In this document: in pieces, positions 46,757 through 62,980 of the stretch | Numbering within the stretch: the stretch's first letter is position 1 | Layout of the letters: each line of letters begins with the position of its first letter | Notes under the pieces: generated by a model | Told to the model about the DNA's origin: nothing | The model's input: only the letters and a program-made list of their open reading frames with translations | Databases searched by the model: none | Assembly (NCBI GenBank): GCA_047495785.1 | Contig: JBLDXI010000023.1 | Location: 682,001 to 746,000 of the forward strand | Direction: 5' to 3' | Source: Lepidodermella squamata | Lineage: Eukaryota > Animalia > Gastrotricha | DNA length: 64,000 nucleotides | Made by a program: the position numbers and the translations under genes

Positions 46757-47911
46757 TCACTTTAGAATTAGGTAAACCGTGACATTTGAAATCAAATACA
46801 TGGAGAGTGCGAGCTGAAACATAACAATATCAGCTATAATGTAGCTAGCCACGTTTCTACCTAAAATGTTGAACTTCTTCCCGGCGAAACCTGAGAAGTT
46901 ATTAAGAATTCCACACATGATAGCTTCGTAGAGAACACAAACAGTTGCAATGGCAGCTTGTGCCAAGCTGAGAATTCCAGCAACAACCGGGCGGGGGGTT
47001 TTCGGCAAATTAGCCTGGATGTTGTCTTGGAGAACGAAAATGGCCAGCATAACAGTGCAGGCGAAAGCAGGACGATCTGGAGCATCGGCCGGGATGAAAA
47101 ATGATGATAGAACCATGAAATTCAGAATTTGGCTAGGTACAATCAGGTATGTAAAGTAATAATTGGGTTTCCGCTTAAATTCGAAGCTGTAACTGGCGAA
47201 GCTGGATTCGATACCACCTTCGCCGGAGCCAAACGAACATGAAAGCTTCGAAATATCCAGATCCCAGTCCGAATTCATGCCAGAAACCGGATTCTGATCA
47301 CCATGAAATGTTGCTTGTTGGATGATTGAGAAACCCCGAGTTTGCGCGAGATAGAAGTCGATGGTGCACTTCTGCACATCGAAGGGAAAGTAAGTCACGT
47401 CCAGAGCGCAATACGACGTAAACTTTCCCATCAAACCGAACGAAACGACGCCTTCATCTACCCAAATATGAAGAAACCGATAGAAACCTTCGATCATCGC
47501 TGGACTGCTGATTGAATTTTCGTGTAGCAAAGGCGGATACCAGTACTTACTCGGATCCTCTTGTGACAAATAATTTATATTCGCTGGCCATGCTACGCTA
47601 CCGTTAAGGGACACATTCCGGTAAAGATTGGAAATGCAATCCGTTGTGTATGAAACGTGAAGGGTTCCGAAAATGGTAAAAGTTTCAGCGATGTCGTCAA
47701 TTTCGACTAGACGCTTCGGCGAAAGCCCAAGAGCAATGGAGCTCGTTCTGCCGTGTAGTTCAGAGGGCGAGTTGACAGTCGGACCTATTCTGCAGTTTTC
47801 AAGGATCGTTGCTGTCGGATCGAACTTCAAGAGGCTGGCCAATTTCGCTTGTTTAGCATGCGCATGGTTGACGATACAAGCCGCGATGACACCCAGAAAC
47901 GCTCTAGTCAT
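46757..47911 (-). CDS. Intronless pLGIC subunit B7
   Basis: Probable start ATG 47911 (MTRAFLGVIAACIVNHAHA signal peptide); CALDVTYFPFDVQKC; four TM segments. Confidence 0.9.
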   Translation of the reverse strand: MTRAFLGVIAACIVNHAHAKQAKLASLLKFDPTATILENCRIGPTVNSPSELHGRTSSIALGLSPKRLVEIDDIAETFTIFGTLHVSYTTDCISNLYRNVSLNGSVAWPANINYLSQEDPSKYWYPPLLHENSISSPAMIEGFYRFLHIWVDEGVVSFGLMGKFTSYCALDVTYFPFDVQKCTIDFYLAQTRGFSIIQQATFHGDQNPVSGMNSDWDLDISKLSCSFGSGEGGIESSFASYSFEFKRKPNYYFTYLIVPSQILNFMVLSSFFIPADAPDRPAFACTVMLAIFVLQDNIQANLPKTPRPVVAGILSLAQAAIATVCVLYEAIMCGILNNFSGFAGKKFNILGRNVASYIIADIVMFQLALSMYLISNVTVYLILK

Positions 47912-48572
47912 TTGTTCGAAATTATTCGGAGCAAAAACGTTGTCTGTCCAGGTGCGAATTCTCGGGCTTGGATTATTCATAAGAAATTTCCGCTTGAAGC
48001 TGTTTTGAAGTGGGAAAGTTTCGCAATTTTGAAGCGGCGTCGAAGAGCAAACAATGTCTCGAAGTATGGATTCCACGCGCATTTAATTATCGCTCAGCCT
48101 AGCCATATCTCACCGCGAATTGGGGTGAGGGTTGCAACTGCGAAGTTTTCCAGAAATGTATATTTTTTTAAATCATTCTTTTTAAAATGATGGTTTTCAT
48201 TACTTTTTATTGTTTTTATCCATTATATTTCAATTGTAAGAGGTTACTAGTCGTGAATGCTGAATAAAGTGCAACGGAGGGCAATGATGCTTCTTTAACA
48301 AACAATAGCCAAAAATTATGATCACGAAGAAGCGGACATTGAGTATAGCTAAAACGATAATCAAATGATAAGTGTAATAATCACCACTCGAGAATGGACC
48401 CGAGAAAAGAAAAAGGGCAGGTACCAGGTTGAGAATGATTAGTTCTCGTTCATACTCGAATTCAATCGAATCGCAGATTTGTGATTCTCTTAACTTGAAT
48501 GTTCAGTTCGTCGGAGCACCTACTCGTCTCAACCAATTTCATGCAAAGAAAAATTTCAAAGCTAGCGCCTAA

Positions 48573-52211
<3,639 letters not shown>

Positions 52212-55210
52212 GGTCAGCAGAGAATTGCAAGACAGGGACGCGACGGACGAGCCGGAGGACGAGGAGGAGGGCGGTTCGGCGTCACAGGGAGACCTTGCTA
52301 GGCGGAAGAAACAGGGTTACATCTGATTAAACTAGAAAGCTTATATACGCTCTACTTAATTAAGATGTAGTGCGGAGAACATGCACGATATTGCGAACAC
52401 GTGTGGCTTTGAAAGGTAGCTTCCTTTCACATGAGATTTCTGAAAGAGTCTACACAGAGCGGAATGATCAAATTTTAACCTTATTTGCATGAATGAGCAC
52501 ATTGCACAGTCATGATTCTCAGAGTCTGATCATTCCCCTCCCTGAAATGCAACGCCATTTCAGATTATCTTAACCCTAAATTCACGATATCGAGAAGCGA
52601 CGCCACATGTATGACATTTCACCTATATGAGTCCAGCTTGTAAATCTTTTCCTTAACAGGCCTTACGTAACATTTAAATATTCAGAAATTAAAGCTTATT
52701 CAGAAGATATACAAATATATGTGAACATTAGGCTTGCAAGTTTGTTATTTACAAAATGCATTTGGAGTCAGTAAAAGATCTGAAAAAATAGTCATTGCTA
52801 TTCATGATTTGCATTCAGGTGACAAATCATGCGCAAAATATGATGTAGCCCGTATTTTTCACAAACCTACTATCATCAGGGCTGTAAATTGTCATTTTGA
52901 AAGAGAAATCATCCATAAAAGTATACTAAGTCACGTAAAAATAAAATCTGATCGATGTAGGATGTAGATCTGCGCGGATTAAGACACAAGATTTCCCGCT
53001 AAAATCTCAATTTTAAGTGAAATTTGAGTCAACTATAACAAATCAGACGGCTCCAGTGACCTTCAGATAGGAAGCAAGAGATTTTTTTGAAATGTCTGAA
53101 CTTACTCGAGCGAAGGCGCACGTCTGAATGAATGCGACGATGCCGAACCTAGCCGTCGTGCCGGCATCATCTTTTCCCAGCTCTGTGTCAACAAACAGAA
53201 AGGACAGAATGCAAACAAAAGGCTATTACGTAGGCGGCAATCGAATCGAAGACTCACCTGGACGAAAGATGAATGCTGAGGTAAGGTTTATATCAGCACA
53301 AAAAGCTTGACAATAAATTATCTACAAATTTAAAGTAATCGTGAAGTTAGGATCTATCAAGACTTTCATAGATTAGGGGTATATTCAAAGACTTTTTGGG
53401 TAAACGAAACATACTAAACGTATTATGGGCATGAGTTAAAATTGAGAAAATTAAATTTTTTTGTCTTGCTTTGACCTAATTCTAGATTTGAATTGAAAAG
53501 AGGGTATGACTAACAAGCTCCACCCATTTTTCTCAATAGGAATGCATCAATGATTCGATCGTCTGACTCCTCCTGGTTTGTTTGAATAGACATCTTACTT
53601 TTCACAGCTCGTTGTATGCGTAGACAGAAAAATGCTCTCGCTTTTTTGGCACCACAAGCAAATTGGCATGCTGTACCCACGTACTATAAAAGCATATCAT
53701 ATTATATATACGTAGTGATAAGAATATATAGCGCGAATAATAACACATCAGCATAAAAAATGCCAGACGGCCACACATTAGCTTGGCGATAAAAAATATG
53801 ATGAATAATAATTTAGGCAAACAGTAGAAAATTCGATATTTTTATTGCGAAAAGTGAAATAATATATGATTTTTCGCTTCTTCCTGCCGAGTGATGAGTT
53901 TGGATTTTTCTATGATAAATATAAGCTGTTATTACGACAAATGACGTGACATAAAGTGGGTAGAGGGGGGTGCTTTTGCATTAGCGGAATTTTTTGTTTG
54001 AAGCCGGCGACAGTTACTTACACTCTCGAGGGCCGTATATATAGTGTATAAATTATTCGATAATGCTACCTTTGATTACTTGGTCACGTTATGTGACTCG
54101 CTTTTTATGATGAAAAAAATCACATCATTTCGCGTTTTTTCCTGAATTCGTTATATTCAAGAGCGCCGGGCTGCTTCCTATGTTCTATATAGCAGTGGCT
54201 CGGCCTAATGCGCGACGGCGTATGACAGATTGCTATTAATATGCTACGCTCAGTGATTTTTCACTATACTATGAAGTTGATGAAAGCTGTAGTCAGCATT
54301 CAGCGCAGGCAGGAAATCAAAATCGATCAGCTTCTGAAGCTATACTGTGTGTGCGTATAGATGAGTTCAATGAGTTCTATAGATGCAGTATAATCGATGA
54401 AAAAAACGCTCGCCCTCAATTGCGTGCGATAACGTGCCGGTATTGTGGATAACTTAAGGCAGAGTGTTTGTTTACAATCGTTATTCAGCAGTATTCGGAT
54501 GCAAGTGTTTACGTTATAACTACCAGGTTTGGGAAACTACAAGGTTCGATGCAAAAAACCGCATAGGCAGATAACAGCATAGGCGCGGTTCAGATTTGAA
54601 AAAAGAAAAAACCAAGAGTTTTAATTTTTTCAATGACTGACAACATCAACTTCAAACATAGACAATAAGAGCGCATCCAGCACGGTCTCATTGTACGAGA
54701 TGTAGATAAAATTTATTGCCCAGTATGAAAAAACGTCAAACGTTGGCTCACCCCGCAATAAAAACCATAGCAATAAATGACTTCAAACCTGTTCAATTCT
54801 GTCATTTTGATATCAAATCTTTCAAAATTGCAAAACATGTAGGAAAAATCCGCTAATTCAGGTGCAAGGCTTTCGTTTTAGGAAATTTTTCATGCAATCC
54901 TGATAACATCCCGAATTTTATTTTCGCCTTCTGATATTTACAAGGGAGGTGTACAATTTGAAGGTACAACTTAGATAACTTTTCTTCTACCTTATGGCCT
55001 ACCTGCGGTTGACTTCCTGAAATTCTGGAAAAATATAGAATAAATCCCTTGGCTCATATAGAATAAGGTTATCATTTTGTTTTCCCGAAATCGAAAACTG
55101 CAGATTTTTGGAGTCGAACTCTCGAACACCCTGGAATCGCCCCTCTGGATGTATTCACCTGGGCGGTTTGAGGTATAATCTGTTACCCCGAAGTGAAGCT
55201 GGCGCTTAGC

Positions 55211-55576
55211 TACCGTACTGCCCGTAACAAAAACCATGACATTAATTTTTTTCAAACGTTGATGAACCCTGACATCTAAAAGGGACTGACATTTATTTCG
55301 GGCCTGACATTTATTTATCCGAACCAACAAATAATGGCCTAGGTAACCAAAATGGCACACACTTCCCAGAGATTCTACACATTTTGACCCAAAAAATTGG
55401 TCCCTCACCTTCCTAAGTGCCAAAAGTAGAAGTTATAGCCAATCAGAATGGCTAAAATTATATTATTAGTGATCTTCAGTATTGTCCCCGCCACTGACCT
55501 GACACTTATTTCGGGCCTGACATTTAAACGAGACTGACATTTATTCGAGGCTGGCATTTTTTCGGGCAGTACGGTA
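55211..55576. mobile_element. MITE with TACCGTACTGCCCG terminal inverted repeats (Tc1/mariner-like TA ends)
   Basis: 14-bp perfect TIR; internal repeats of CTGACATTTATT. Confidence 0.75.
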
Positions 55577-56759
55577 GTAATTAATGAGGTGAGAGCAGTA
55601 AATTTTGAAGAGCCAGTTCCAGGTAAACTACCAGCAGAGTAGTGATTTTGAAGGTACAATTTTGTCAACTAGTCAGTACAGTTTTCACATCAGGTACAAT
55701 TTCGACAACTCAAAATGGCATCTTAACCGATTTTCAAATGGTACTTCGATTAGGCCTGTCTCATGCAAATAATTCTAGAACCGTTCGTTTATTTTTGGTG
55801 AAAAGTTACAAAGCAACATCATGTAAACAGCGTTTTAACACAAAAAATTGTAACATCAAATAAAATATTTCAAGTTATACGTTGAAAGACTTCTTAATCG
55901 ATTTTCTAATCTTACTTCGATGAGGCCATAGAGATGATATGGATGAGGCCTTTCTCATGTTGATAATTTCAGATATTGTTCCCAATTTCTAGCACCATTC
56001 GTTCTATTTTTGTTGAAGCTACAAAGCAATACCTTGAAAACAGTGTTTCAACACAAAGAATTCCGAAAGCAAATAAAAAAATTCAATTTTCACCACGCAC
56101 ACGATGAATTACTGCTGACGCTAGATGATCAAGGTAAAAACAGGAGCATTACAATAGAATTGTCAAAGTTGTACCTTTCTTTCGAGCCTTTTTCTCAGGT
56201 GAATTACCTGAACCAGTCCGTGGAAAAAATACAAGGAAATTCCAACGGAGTAAAAATAAGCAAAGAATTCACCTGAATTGATTTTCTGGAATTGTTTACT
56301 GTTTACAGAGTTCTACCTTTTTCTTGTCAAAATTGTACCGTTCCCCGGTACTGTATTATTTTGTACATTATCGGTATATACAGATACCGCATATATTTTG
56401 TACATTATCGCAGTGTGTCAAGGCGCGATCTGAATATCTGAATGAATCTCGTGTGTATCATGGATGAGAATTCGACAATAGCCTTATAACTCAAGATAAC
56501 CACAATACCAAAGCCGGACGTTCTATTTTACAGAAGCTTACAGCATAAATTGTATTAGGAGGCTATTCAAGGGAGGTCATCTATCATCCATGGCAGTGTG
56601 CTAAAGCCTATTCAACTATTCATCACGTATTAGTAATACTGAGTAGAAAAAATTGTGTGAAACGGAAACCAATCATTCATGATTCATGATTCACCACAGC
56701 TCATCATTTAAAGCTTAAAAAACAGGTTTCCACCACTTTCAACTTGTTGGCCTTTTGAA

Positions 56760-59418
56760 ATGAATGTTTTTAGCTTCACATCATTCTTAGCTCTTGCAGC
56801 TGTTCAACTGTTTGGTGGATGCAGAGCTTGCTCACCTTTGGCTCCAGGTTCGGATGAATCTGAAATGCGGACTCGATTGACTACGACTACAACGCGAAGG
56901 ACGACTACAACAACAAGGAAAGCCACAACAACACTACCGGCTGTTCCGACCGGAGGGCAGTGTGGTACTAACATGTTTACGGCTGTTTCTGGAAAAGCCT
57001 CACAGGCCACTGGCGGAACAACTGCCGCTCTCTACAAGTAAGAATTCTGAACGCAGGTCAAAAATCTAAAGCTCGATATTTTTCATCTCCAAACCAGATA
57101 TCCGTGGATGGTTCGGTTGGAAATTAAGGCCATTTTCTCATCAAACAAATTCGGTGGGGTCATCTTGGACGAGCGTTACGTGCTGACATCAGCTTCGCTT
57201 ATTTCGTGAGCTGGATTTCATTTACCTTATAACAATTTGATTCATCCAAATACAGAAAATCCATTGGATTGTCGTATTATTGGGCCTTCAATGCAGGCGA
57301 TATCACGGCAACTTTCGGCGATATTAAAGTGATAAGCAATGAATCAACCGAATTTTCAATCAAGGCAGAAGATTACACGTGGCATCCACTTTACAATGAA
57401 TCGAATTTGGATTATGACTTTGCGGTCATAAAACTTTCGCAACCATTGAACTTCTCTAAAAGCTGGGCAGTTCAGAAAATATGCCTGCCAACTACTTGCA
57501 ACGATGAATGCCCGCCTGGATCGCAGGCCACAATCACTGGTAAGCAAATTTCATCTCATATCGATCTTAATCAATCGTATTAGGTTGGGGAGATTCCAGC
57601 TACTCCGGTTACACTGATTCGTTACAAGAGGCAAATATGCAGATTCAAAGCCGTGAAGCTTGCGCCACCGCACTGAAATCGGGGACTTATACATTTTCAG
57701 ACGAGAAGATGTGTACTCTCAATTCGACGACTGTTAAAATGAGCAGTGTCGATAATGGCTCGCCGCTTGTTTCGAACAACGGGACAAGCTACAAGTTGTG
57801 TGGAGTTCTTTCGAAATATTTCTCCGACACTGGAATTGCGTCATTGTAAGTTTCCTCAAACCTCAAATATTACGCCATGAGGAACCCTTGAGCTAGGGGG
57901 TAATTTCGGCCCCTAATTTTCCAACGGGTCACTTTGTGGTTCTTACGGGTTTTCTTTTGAACCTTGGGTATAGAACAGTACCTCATTGCACTTCGTACAC
58001 TGCAGTTATCAATCTATGTGTTTTTTTTATTTGATTTAGTTCGCGAGTATGCTCAGTTTTACCGTGGATTCGAAGCATCATCAGCCAATCCTATCAACCA
58101 ACCCTGCCGACCCCGACCACGCTAAGCTCATGCGGCCGGTCCAAGTACTTCACAAGCAACAATGTGCCAGGCTCAGGAATAGTTGGCGGCTCAATCGCCC
58201 TCCCAAATCAGTTTCCATGGTAAGGGCTACATATTTCGAAAAACAGCAATCACGAATCTATACGTGTTTATAGGATTGTACGGCTTATCAGCTATTATTC
58301 CTATGCCACAACTTCATGTACAGGGAGCATCATTAGCGAAAAGTAATTTTTTGTCGACATTTTTCCTATAAAGTTGACTTGCATTTCCTCCTATAGCTAC
58401 ATCCTCACTTCGGCTCATTGTGTCAAATATGATAAGGGTGGTTCCTTGAGGTATGTTAGGACTAAAAACTGTATAATTACAGGCTGAAAAGACTCTCTTA
58501 ATCCCAGATCTGTGGAGGTATCCATTGGAAACAACAATTTAACCGATACATCCGAACCTGGTGAATTTGTGATGAGTGTTACAAGTTCGAAAAGCACGAT
58601 CAAGCCGCATTCAGCCTTCAATACAGACACTCTTGAGAACGATATAGCTTTGATAAAGTTGCCTAGTAAGGATTGAATTAGTAATTCTTGCACTCTAGTT
58701 TCACTCTGATTTACCACTCCAGGGCCGCTCAATTTTACAACTTGGAATGTTCAAAAAGTTTGCCTGCCAACCTCGCCCAGGGACGATTGCAATGTAGGAA
58801 TTATGGGCGTAGCGGCTGGTAAGATGATTTTTGAGATCTTAGAATTTGCCTTTAAATTCTCAAATCATGCTACCGAAAAATCAAGTACCAAAAAACGAAG
58901 CAAACCAAAAATGAAGGATAATGATATTAAAACAACGAGACTCGATCAAATTTCTTTCAATTTTCCGAATTATATGCGATCCGAATTCCCGGGATCGCGT
59001 TACTTGCAAATCTGAGGAGATTTAAAAAGTACTTTTGTCTTCCTCAGGATTTGGACGTACGAACAGCGGCGGTGAAGGGACGACTATCCTGCGTTATGCG
59101 TATGTCCCTGTCGTCAGCAAAGCCGAGTGCGAAACCTTATACGGCAATGGCACAATTAAAGACTCAATGCTTTGTGCTGGTAAATTCAGATTCAACGTTC
59201 TCTACTTTGCTTTAATAAGATTTGATAATTTAGGATATGCCGGATCAGGCCCTAATATTTGCAACGGAGATTCAGGCGGGCCGTTCATGTCGACGGAGCA
59301 GGGCTACTACAAAATATGTGGTCTCAACGATTTTGCGACGAAATACTGCGGCTATCAGTACAGCGGTTTCACGCGTATTACTTCCTTCTTGAGCTGGATA
59401 AACGCAAATGCTGTATGA
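56760..59418 (+). CDS. Secreted S1 (chymotrypsin-fold) protease with Thr-rich N-terminus and two protease domains (first inactive, second with intact triad)
   Basis: Domain 1: TSASL, DYDFAVIKL, VDNGSP. Domain 2: IVGG, TSAHC, NDIALIKLP, CNGDSGGP. Short GT-AG introns; junctions between the two domains are in phase. Confidence 0.85.
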
Positions 59419-60175
59419 CATAACGTAGCCCATGATACATATTTAATTTTAAACTCAAATTTCCAACTATTTTATCATTTTTGTAATCAAAGGAATTCAT
59501 GAAAATTAATTTTTTGTCATACCTAATCTGACCTGTTTTACTGACCTACTCTCGAACTCCTGATATATATGAAACGGCCATTTTATGGTTAATGCGATCT
59601 CTGTGCAATGACTAACTTATCTAGTGACGCTGGGATTGAAACTATGGACAAAACCAATAAATAAATAAAAGCTTCAGAAATCCGAACCGGTGAATTGCGG
59701 TTGTACGACTTTTCAGCAGTGACACTTCAGCAAATGAAGGTCAAAAAGTGTAAGGAACTCGGGAACATTGTTATGTTTATTGTACTGTGATTATGCCTTG
59801 ATTATTGCGTTGTTGTTGATACGTCATCATTCGGTCCTTTTAAAGATCTTGATTGTATCATTTCAACTATTCTGGTTATTTTCAAAGTAATAAAGCAAGC
59901 GTTGCCGAAGTACTGAGTCTTCTCATGACAGCATTGCTGCAAATTTATCAAACTCACAAATTAGTGGTTTTCAAAATTAGTCATTATTAATTAAAATTGC
60001 TACACGAGGAGAAACCAGGGCAGCTGAAAGCTGAAATGTTTACCAGCACCCTGCCGAGGTCACCAAAATTGCAGACCAAAATTGCACCTTCGGATTTGCA
60101 GACTTCCGCTCGTAGGAGGCCCGTAGCTTAGGTGTCGCGACACCCAAGCATCCCGGTACTTCGCACCATGAGAGT

Positions 60176-60583
60176 CAGAGCTTTGGATTTGATTTGATTT
60201 GATTTACGGCTTAAATCACGGACCTCCCTCAATCAAAATCAATCATTGTCCCTCTTTTCCAAGGCTAAATCAATCAAATCAAATCATCGACAACCATGAA
60301 TCACAATAAATCGCGAAACATCGGGATTTTCAGGAAGCTGGGGGCTCCGAAGTTTCAAGAAATGAAAAAAACGCGAATTTGAAATAACCGTCCCTTTCCA
60401 TAGCAAATAATCATCATAAAGGAGGAGAGGTCTTGGTTTCGCGGTATCAAGTTTTTTGATTGCTTCACCATGGCTCAATCAAAATCAATCAAATCAAAAG
60501 GCTTCCCCGCGTAAGTCAACCATTATAAATCTAAATCAGTGAAAATAGGGTCTCAATCAAATCAAATCAAATCCAAAGTACTG
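60176..60583. mobile_element. hAT-type MITE with (GATTT)n/(AAATC)n subterminal repeats
   Basis: TIR CAGAGCTTTGGATTTG / CAAATCCAAAGTACTG; perfect 8-bp TSD ATGAGAGT. Confidence 0.85.
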
Positions 60584-61079
60584 ATGAGAGTATTGAGAGT
60601 ATTGATAATTATTGATTGAAAGAGTGAGGTAACTTGGTCCGTCTTTTGCGACATTCTGCTGCAGCTGGAAATGTACCGAACAATATTAGAAAAACAATGA
60701 AAACAAAATGGAATGCGAAATTGGCAGAATTAACTGTAACGGGGCTTCAAACTATATCTTTATGACCATAATTTTAAAACGAACGAGAATGTATAAAAAC
60801 GGTCGATATAAACAAGCATGTCTTCGAAGGTGCTATCTGGAAAATTAATGGTCGTAACAATGCCGCTTGATTCCTGGTTGCCAAGCAAGCTGGCGAATCA
60901 GGACGGGAAGGTGAAAGCCGCAAAGAACCCAAATACAGGCTCAAAATCACAAGTCTGGACGAATCGATGGCTCCGGATTGAATCGAAATCTATGGTTGGA
61001 TTGGAATCACTGCCTCGGGCGACGTTAGCAGCCACCCTGAGCAAGGTTCGGGCCCACTGGAAGCCAGGATTTACTGAAT

Positions 61080-61112
61080 AAATCAAATCAAATCAAATCA
61101 AATCAAATCAAA
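61080..61112. repeat. (AAATC)n microsatellite
   Basis: About six perfect pentamer units. Confidence 0.8.
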
Positions 61113-62371
61113 GTAACTGCGGAGATTGTGATAAGCGCACAAATTTAGCGGAAGTAAAAGTTGAATTATTTTTAGCGGAAATGTCGTCAAGCGGAACTGT
61201 TAATGGCGGAAATTAATGAACCTTTGCGTAATTGACACATATCTAGCGGGGATGCATTTATCGGGATTTTTCCTGGCGAAAATGCTTTAGCGGAAAAGTG
61301 GAAGGCGGAATAAAACCCTAGAGTGATATCTTAAATACCCGTTCAATTTATGTTTAAAAAATATATTTTGTTGCTATTTTTCTTAATTTTCTGAATCTAC
61401 AGTAATACGCCAGTGAACATTTATTCCAAACTTATGAATATATGTAACGCAAAACTGCAGAAATAAGCAACGAGGTGAGATGATAATTGTAGTAGCCTTT
61501 TCCGATGTCATATTTAGCACAGTAGCTCAGTATCTCTTCATTCGTGTGCTAGCACATAGTCAACAATTCGTCACGCAAATTTCCTCGCAAAAGTTCAGCT
61601 TACAGCTGGATCCATAATGTATTAGTAATGTACAGTGCGTTTCACAATTATATGACCAGTACATCCTTGTTTGGCGAGATTTTTTTCTTGTGTGCTGCAT
61701 ATTCACCATGTTCACAAAGCTTTTATTGCTATCACGCTAATCAGGTCACAAATACGCCGTATTGCATTTACGGCAAATCGCGAGAATTTTCTTGAAATTT
61801 GTTTTGAATAGAGCTGTTTCCGACAATGATTCCGTGAAATTCAGAGATAGCGGGTAAAATTCAGCTATGTAATTAACTTGTGTTGCCGATTCATAGCGCG
61901 ATCACGCAAGCCTGATAAGCATTTGATTCCTTATCCTGCCTTCAACGCCGACTTCAAAAAATTCGGAGGAGCTCACTTTTGGTTCCAACATTCATGCGAT
62001 TATTTTGTAAAACTTCGAGACTATTTTCGCATCATGCGGCAATTCGAAACGAAAATTCAATTTAGGCAAATTTTATCATGGCGAATTAAGCGGCTTATTT
62101 TCATTCATTTCTTAATGAGGGAGGAAAAAACGCTAATGAGCCCGTAACTAAACAAAGTTAAGAGACTGCAATCATGCCATTTTTATGGGGTAGCAATAAA
62201 ACAGGTATGTTTGTGTGCTAGTGCGCGCAAACATGGAAGTGTTGGTCATATAATTTTGAAACGCACTGTATGAGTAAGCAGTGATACACGATTCGCTGCA
62301 TCTCATCGTTTAAGGTGCAATGAAAACAGGTTTCGCGTACTTTGAACTTTTGAACTTGTTGGCTTTTCGAG

Positions 62372-62709
62372 ATGATTCGTATTAGCTTTACATCCTTTTT
62401 AATTCTAGCAGCTGTTCATCCGTTTGGTGTATGCAGGGCTTGCTCGCCTTCAACTTATGAAACTAAATCAACTACGACTACAACAACTCGAGGAACGACA
62501 ACGACAACAACAACAACAACGACTACTTCAGCAGCAGCGGGATCGACTTCGGCAGCGGTAGCGAGTTCAACGACAGTAAAGGCCACGACAAATGCTGCGG
62601 CATCAACACCAAGTGTTCCGACTGGAGGGCAGTGTGGTACTACCGTGTTTATGGTTGTTTCAAGAAACGCCTTGCAAATTAACGGCGGATCAACTGCGCC
62701 TCTTTACGC
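62372..62709 (+). CDS. First exon of a paralog of the S1 protease gene (remainder not seen in window)
   Basis: Signal peptide, Thr-rich tract and PTGGQCGT match 56760-57037; same intron start GTAAGAATTCTGAACG. Confidence 0.75.
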
Positions 62710-62980
62710 GTAAGAATTCTGAACGAAATGTCTCATTTCAAATAATAAGCAATGGAAAAAGCAGGATAGTCATTTTCCGTACGAATTATGTTACACCTTG
62801 TGGTATTTGTGGTTTTACACCCTTAGCCTTGCGAATTGGGCTATGACACCGGATTTCACCTCTGTGCTTTGCGCGCTGAGTCATCCTACATCCTATTATT
62901 ATAAAAACATGATTTTTACGTGGCCTTGTTATTACTTCATAAGTAAAACTGTATAAATATATATATAATATGACAGTTAA

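Noticed and set aside
14523-47159. Recurrent + strand ORFs such as MQAKAGRSG... (14523, 23324, 34366, 46950)
   Set aside because: Antisense shadows of the conserved M1-M2 codons of the B genes.
14198-47911. Bacterial horizontal origin of the intronless, short-loop channels
   Set aside because: They keep the eukaryotic Cys-loop disulfide and share motifs with intron-containing paralogs in the same array.
61143-61320. Clustered GCGGAA motifs; also AGGTACAATTT motifs at ~54950-56340 and an inverted repeat at ~33420-33675
   Set aside because: Probably decayed transposon ends, but termini and TSDs could not be defined.
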